This document shows, one piece after another, positions 59,375 through 64,000 of a stretch of DNA of 64,000 nucleotides. The position numbers were made by a program, and so were the translations under genes. Positions within the stretch are counted from its first letter, which is position 1. Each line of letters opens with the position of its first letter. This DNA is from a bacterium (GTDB taxonomy: Bacteria > UBA8248): NCBI GenBank assembly GCA_965207065.1, contig OZ242260.1, positions 2,144,001-2,208,000 of the forward strand. The letters run 5' to 3'. The notes under the pieces are model-generated. The model worked only from the letters and a program-made list of their open reading frames with translations. It did no database searches and was not told the origin of the DNA.

Positions 59375-60750
59375 ACGACCACGCCGGAGCGCGCGTGCTG
59401 GTTGTGGACGATAAGCGCGGCAGCCGCGAAGCTCTCCAGAAGATGATCGCCAAGGAAGGGTTCGACGTCACGATGGCCCACGACGCGGAGACCGCCGCCG
59501 GGATGTTCGGCGCAGAGCCCGCAAATCTGGTGATCACTGATCTCAGAATGCCCGGGATGGACGGCATCGGTTTGCTGAAAGAGGTGAAGCGCCTCAGCCC
59601 GGAAACGGAAGTGATTCTGATCTCGGGCGCCGGGAGCATCGAGTCGGCCGTCGAGGCGATGCGCGAGGGGGCGTATGATTTTCTGACCAAGCCTTTGGAG
59701 CGCCTGGTTGTACTCAAGGCGATAGACAAGGCGCTTGAAAAACAAGCCCTTATGCGCGAGAACGCGGACTTGAGGGCGCAGCTCCAGAGCCTGAGAGACA
59801 CATCGGGCATGATGGGGGATCACCCCTCGATTCGCCGGGTGAAGGACATGGTCCGCCAGGTCGCGCCCACATCCGCCACGGTCCTGATTCTGGGCGAGAG
59901 CGGTACGGGCAAGGAACTAGTGGCGAATGCCATCCACGAGGGGAGCGAGAGGTCGGGCAAGGCGATGGTGAAGGTGAACTGCGCCGCGTTGCCTGAAACG
60001 CTCCTTGAGAGCGAACTGTTCGGCTACGAGCGCGGGGCGTTTACGGGCGCGGTAGGCCGAAAGGAGGGCCGCTTCAAGATCGCGCACGAGGGCACGCTGT
60101 TTCTCGATGAAATCGGGGACATGCCTCTCGTCCTTCAGCCGAAGATTCTCCGTGTTTTGCAGGAAGGAGAATTCGAGCGCGTCGGCGGAACGGAGACTTT
60201 GAAGGTAGATGCGCGAATCGTGGCCTCCACGAACGCGGAATTGCAAACCGCCGTGGCCGAGAAGAGGTTTCGCGAGGATTTATATTATCGCCTGAACGTG
60301 ATCACCATACACATGCCCGCCCTGAGGGATCGGCGAAGCGATATTCCACTGCTCGCCGAGCATTTCCTCCAGCGCCTGGCCGCGAAAAACAACCGGCCCG
60401 TTCTCGCATTTTCGCGCGAGGCGCTCGATGCGATGTCGAATTACCATTGGCCGGGAAATGTGCGCGAACTCGAAAACATGGTGGAGCGCGCCGTGGTGCT
60501 GAGCCGCGGAGAGATTCTCTCGGTGGATGACCTGCCTGCGCAAATTGCCCGGGGCGAGCCCGTAAACGGGGAGCAGTCCGTGGCGTCGGACTTGCCGCTC
60601 ATCAACCTGGAAGTCGGCACCCCGCTCGCGGAAGTCGAGCGGCGGGTCATTCTGGAAACACTCCGGCATACGGGCGGTGACAAGAGCGCCGCCGCACGCC
60701 TTCTGGGAATCGCCACGCGCACCATTTACCGGAAACTGGACGGAAGCTGA
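59371..60750 (+). CDS. Sigma54-dependent response regulator (NtrC/ZraR family)
   Basis: Receiver domain, GESGTGKE, GAFTGA, FLDEIG, WPGNVREL, Fis-type HTH. Confidence 0.95.
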   Translation: MNDHAGARVLVVDDKRGSREALQKMIAKEGFDVTMAHDAETAAGMFGAEPANLVITDLRMPGMDGIGLLKEVKRLSPETEVILISGAGSIESAVEAMREGAYDFLTKPLERLVVLKAIDKALEKQALMRENADLRAQLQSLRDTSGMMGDHPSIRRVKDMVRQVAPTSATVLILGESGTGKELVANAIHEGSERSGKAMVKVNCAALPETLLESELFGYERGAFTGAVGRKEGRFKIAHEGTLFLDEIGDMPLVLQPKILRVLQEGEFERVGGTETLKVDARIVASTNAELQTAVAEKRFREDLYYRLNVITIHMPALRDRRSDIPLLAEHFLQRLAAKNNRPVLAFSREALDAMSNYHWPGNVRELENMVERAVVLSRGEILSVDDLPAQIARGEPVNGEQSVASDLPLINLEVGTPLAEVERRVILETLRHTGGDKSAAARLLGIATRTIYRKLDGS

Positions 60751-60823
60751 TCGCTCGCGCATCGCTCGTTTCATGAGCGGGTTGTGGTAAGGTGTTGCGC
60801 GTGAATTTTCTGGGAGTTTGCCG

Positions 60824-61477
60824 ATGCGGGGCCGTTTCATCACGTTCGAAGGTGTGGAGGGTTGCGGCAAGTCGACCCAGTTGGCGCATCTGCGGGATTG
60901 GATGGAAGAAGCGGGCCTCCCGGTTCTCGCCACGCGCGAGCCCGGGGGCACGAAGGTTGGGGAGGGAATTCGAAGAATGCTTCTCGCCCGGCGCGAGGAA
61001 GGGCTCGACGCCGCCACGGAACTCCTGCTCTACGAGGCGGACAGGGCGCAGCACGTGAGCGAGGTGATTCGTCCGGCCCTGGAGGCCGGCACGCACGTTC
61101 TTTGCGATCGGTTCTTCGACTCCACGACGGCGTACCAGGCATTCGGACGGGGGCTGGACGAGGAGACGGTGCTGGAGTTGAACCGTATGGCGAGCGGGGG
61201 ACTTGTTCCCGACTTGACGCTATTGTTCTCCGTAATGCTTGAAGAAGGCCTCAATCGCGCGCGCGGCGGGAGTAGTGGCGACCGGCTCGAAGGCGAGAGT
61301 CTGGCGTTTCACCGCCGGGTGCAGGCGGGCTTCATGGCGCTGGCGAAGCGCGAGCCTGATCGTTTTTGTGTGTTAGGCGAGGGCGCGATTGAGCAGGTGC
61401 ACGAAGAGGTGGTGGCTATCGTGAAGGAAAGGTTCGAATGGGCTGGGAATCCATCCGCGGCCAGGACGCGGCCCTAG
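60824..61477 (+). CDS. tmk: Thymidylate kinase
   Basis: FEGVEGCGKST, TREPGG, DRF..ST.AYQ. Confidence 0.95.
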   Translation: MRGRFITFEGVEGCGKSTQLAHLRDWMEEAGLPVLATREPGGTKVGEGIRRMLLARREEGLDAATELLLYEADRAQHVSEVIRPALEAGTHVLCDRFFDSTTAYQAFGRGLDEETVLELNRMASGGLVPDLTLLFSVMLEEGLNRARGGSSGDRLEGESLAFHRRVQAGFMALAKREPDRFCVLGEGAIEQVHEEVVAIVKERFEWAGNPSAARTRP

Positions 61478-62463
61478 ACCTGCTGCGAAGGGATTTATCC
61501 TCCGGGCAACTAGCGGGCGCTTATCTGTTTTATGGCCCCGACGGGGTCGGCAAGGCGAGCGTTGCGCGCCTTTTCGCCCAGGCCCTGCAATGCACGGGCG
61601 ATGCGCCGCCGTGCGGGCGATGTGCAGCGTGCGAGAAAATGCTGGCGAACGCGCACCCCGACCTCGTCTTCATCGGCCCGCCCGCGGGGTCTCGTTCCAT
61701 CAAGGCGGAGGAAATCAGAGAGGAGGTCATCCGGCGCACCCATCAGCGTCCCAACGAGGGGATGCGGCAGGTTTTCATCATCGATGACGCCCATCTGCTC
61801 ACGCGTGTGAGCCAGAACGTCCTTCTCAAGACGCTGGAGGAGCCGAACGCAGCCACGATATTGATTCTGGTGACGCCGAATCTCCACACATTATTGCCGA
61901 CGATCATCTCGCGCTGCAGGAGGCTCAGGTTCCAGGCCCTGGCGCGCGCGGATATTGCCGCCATTCTCGATGAGCACATCGGGGAGGAGGGCGCGGACGT
62001 GGAAAAGCTCGTCTCCCTCAGCATGGGCAGGTTGGGCGTCGCCATGTCTTCCGACGTCGAGGCCCTCGCCGAGCGCCGGGACGAGGCGATGCGGTTCCTG
62101 GAGGAGTTGAGCGCGCCGGCGGGCCGGGCGGACGAGGTGGCCCTCATCACGCTCGCCTCGGAGCGGGCGGGGAGTGGGGCTGCGGGCAGAAACGAGACGA
62201 TTCTCTTTTTGGAAATGCTTCGCGGGCTGCTTCGCGATATACTCATCACCCAGGAAGCGCCCGAGGCGATTGAATTGTGGCACACGGACATTCGGGCGGC
62301 GTTGGCCGCCATGGGAGAGCGCTGGGGAAGCGCAGGTCTCACCAAGGCCCTCGAGAGGGTGGGAGAGGCCATGCGCGACGTGGGCGGCGGGAATACCAAC
62401 CCGTCCCTGACGCTCGAGACTCTGGTATATTCCCTGCGGGAGACGGTTCCCGCCGGGGTTTGA
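61438..62463 (+). CDS. holB: DNA polymerase III delta' subunit
   Basis: AYLFYGPDGVGK, CGRCAAC, HPD, LLKTLEEP, TIISRC; follows tmk. Confidence 0.92.
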   Translation: MGWESIRGQDAALDLLRRDLSSGQLAGAYLFYGPDGVGKASVARLFAQALQCTGDAPPCGRCAACEKMLANAHPDLVFIGPPAGSRSIKAEEIREEVIRRTHQRPNEGMRQVFIIDDAHLLTRVSQNVLLKTLEEPNAATILILVTPNLHTLLPTIISRCRRLRFQALARADIAAILDEHIGEEGADVEKLVSLSMGRLGVAMSSDVEALAERRDEAMRFLEELSAPAGRADEVALITLASERAGSGAAGRNETILFLEMLRGLLRDILITQEAPEAIELWHTDIRAALAAMGERWGSAGLTKALERVGEAMRDVGGGNTNPSLTLETLVYSLRETVPAGV

Positions 62464-62472
62464 GGTGATCGA

Positions 62473-63411
62473 ATGAGTGAAACAGGCAATGGCGGCGTCG
62501 CCGTCGAAGCGACGCCCGAAACGTGCAAGATCGGCGTGGTCGGGGTCAAGACGCGTTTCGGCGCGAAACCGGTACATCACACCTATGGGGATCTGCGCCT
62601 TCGTGTCGGCATGAAGGTCATGATCAAGAAAAAGGACGAGGATAAGGAGTTCGGCGAGATATCCGAAAACCCCCGGATCATGGATGCGCGCTATTATCCC
62701 GAGGACCTCCCCGAGGTGGTGCAGATAGCCACCGAGGATGACGAGAAAAAGGTGGCCCGCTCCGAGGCGAACGAGAAGAGCGCCTATGATTTTTGCCGGA
62801 TGAAGATATCCGAGCTCAAACTGCCCATGCGCCTCATCGAGGTTCGCTACATTCACTCGAACAAGAAGGCGACGTTTTATTTCTCCTCCGACGGACGCGT
62901 GGATTTCCGCAAGCTGGTGCGGATACTCGCCGAGCGCCTTTCGGTTCGCGTGGAGATGCGCCAGATCGGCGTGCGCGACGAGGCGGGCATGAAGGGCGGC
63001 TGCGGGGATTGCGGGCGCACCTATTGCTGCAGTTCCTTTCTCAAGTCGTTCGACCCCATTTCCGTCCGTATGGCGAAGGATCAGAATCTGAGCCTGAATC
63101 CCGTCAAGCTCTCCGGCGGCTGCGGCCGGCTCAAGTGCTGCCTCCGCTTCGAGCATTCCCACTACGTGTCGGTGAAGAAGAAGTTGCCCGCGTGCAAGAA
63201 GAAGGTGGGCGGCTGCGACTGCGGCGCGACCGTCGTGCGCCAGGACCTGCTCAAGGAAGAGGTGACCCTCGCTCTCGAAACCGGAGACTTCATGACGGTG
63301 GGCGCGGAGGACTTGATGCGCTTGCCCACGGGCCAGTTTTCTCTTAAAACCGGCGTCCAGAACGATACGCCCCTCAACGTCTTGCCAAAGGAAAACGGCC
63401 CCAAACGATGA
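62473..63411 (+). CDS. PSP1/RicT (YaaT) family protein
   Basis: RVDFRKLV, RQIGVRDEA, CGR..CC, MAKDQNLSLNP.KLSG.CGRLKCCL. Confidence 0.92.
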   Translation: MSETGNGGVAVEATPETCKIGVVGVKTRFGAKPVHHTYGDLRLRVGMKVMIKKKDEDKEFGEISENPRIMDARYYPEDLPEVVQIATEDDEKKVARSEANEKSAYDFCRMKISELKLPMRLIEVRYIHSNKKATFYFSSDGRVDFRKLVRILAERLSVRVEMRQIGVRDEAGMKGGCGDCGRTYCCSSFLKSFDPISVRMAKDQNLSLNPVKLSGGCGRLKCCLRFEHSHYVSVKKKLPACKKKVGGCDCGATVVRQDLLKEEVTLALETGDFMTVGAEDLMRLPTGQFSLKTGVQNDTPLNVLPKENGPKR

Positions 63412-64000
63412 GCCAAAAACCATTTTACGTCTCCACGCCGATTTACTACGTCAACGACAAGCCGCACCTCGGTCATGCCTACACGACGGTAGCGTGCGAC
63501 GCCAAGGCCCGCTTCCACAGACTGCGCGGCGAGCCGACGCAGTTTCTCACCGGAACCGACGAGCATGGCCAGAAGCTGGAGCGCGCGGCCCGAGAAGCCG
63601 GCATGGACCCCCTGGCGTTCTGCGACATGAACAGCGCGAAGTTCCGAGAACTCTGGGAGAAGCTCGACATCTCCTATGACGATTACATCCGCACGACCGA
63701 GGAGCGCCACATTCGCGGCGTGCAGGAACTCTGGCGGCGCGTGGAGGCGGCGGGCGACATCTACCTGGGCGCTTACGCCGGCTGGTACGCCGTCCGCGAC
63801 GAGGCGTTTTATACCGAGAGCGAACTTACCGATGGTCCGGACGGTAAAAAGATCGGGCCGACGGGCGCCGAGGTCGAATGGGTGGAGGAGCCGAGCTATT
63901 TCTTCCGCCTGAGCAAGTACGCCGAGCCGCTCCTCGAGCATTATGAGAAATACCCCCAGTTCGTTCAGCCCGAGAGCCGGAGGAACGAGGTGATGAGCTT
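63408..64000 (+). CDS. metG: Methionyl-tRNA synthetase (5' part, truncated by the window end)
   Basis: MSQKPFYVSTPIYYVNDKPHLGHAYTT, TGTDEHGQK, YFFRLSKY; not in the ORF track because it has no stop. Confidence 0.95.
   Translation, partial: MSQKPFYVSTPIYYVNDKPHLGHAYTTVACDAKARFHRLRGEPTQFLTGTDEHGQKLERAAREAGMDPLAFCDMNSAKFRELWEKLDISYDDYIRTTEERHIRGVQELWRRVEAAGDIYLGAYAGWYAVRDEAFYTESELTDGPDGKKIGPTGAEVEWVEEPSYFFRLSKYAEPLLEHYEKYPQFVQPESRRNEVMS

Overview
GC-rich bacterial chromosomal window with about 55 mostly intact genes and no rRNA, tRNA, CRISPR array, prophage or transposase that I can see. Housekeeping content: rhlE-like DEAD-box helicase, pyrE, bioA, TPP riboswitch-thiS-thiG-thiE, acs, dtd-DUF2400-nadK-recN, glgA-glgC, CIRCE-hrcA-dnaJ-(hotdog dehydratase)-prmA-rsmE-purD-phnA, an NtrB/NtrC-like pair and tmk-holB-PSP1-metG (truncated by the window end). 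Three things stand out. (1) An ~9.7 kb stand-alone type II FAS/PKS-like operon (28167-37890): FabL-like reductase, an oversized 187-aa ACP, four ketosynthase folds (two lacking the catalytic Cys), two FabZ-like dehydratases, FabG, AcpS and a terminal LpxL-like acyltransferase, suggesting a dedicated unusual acyl chain for lipid A or another envelope lipid. (2) A nested system of non-autonomous palindromic elements in at least five intergenic spacers, including a MITE with a 5-bp target duplication inserted in the loop of another repeat's hairpin. (3) A surface lipoprotein fusing a leishmanolysin-like zinc protease to a TbpB/Slam-cargo-like C-terminal barrel. All calls rest on motif recognition by eye; no database searches were run.
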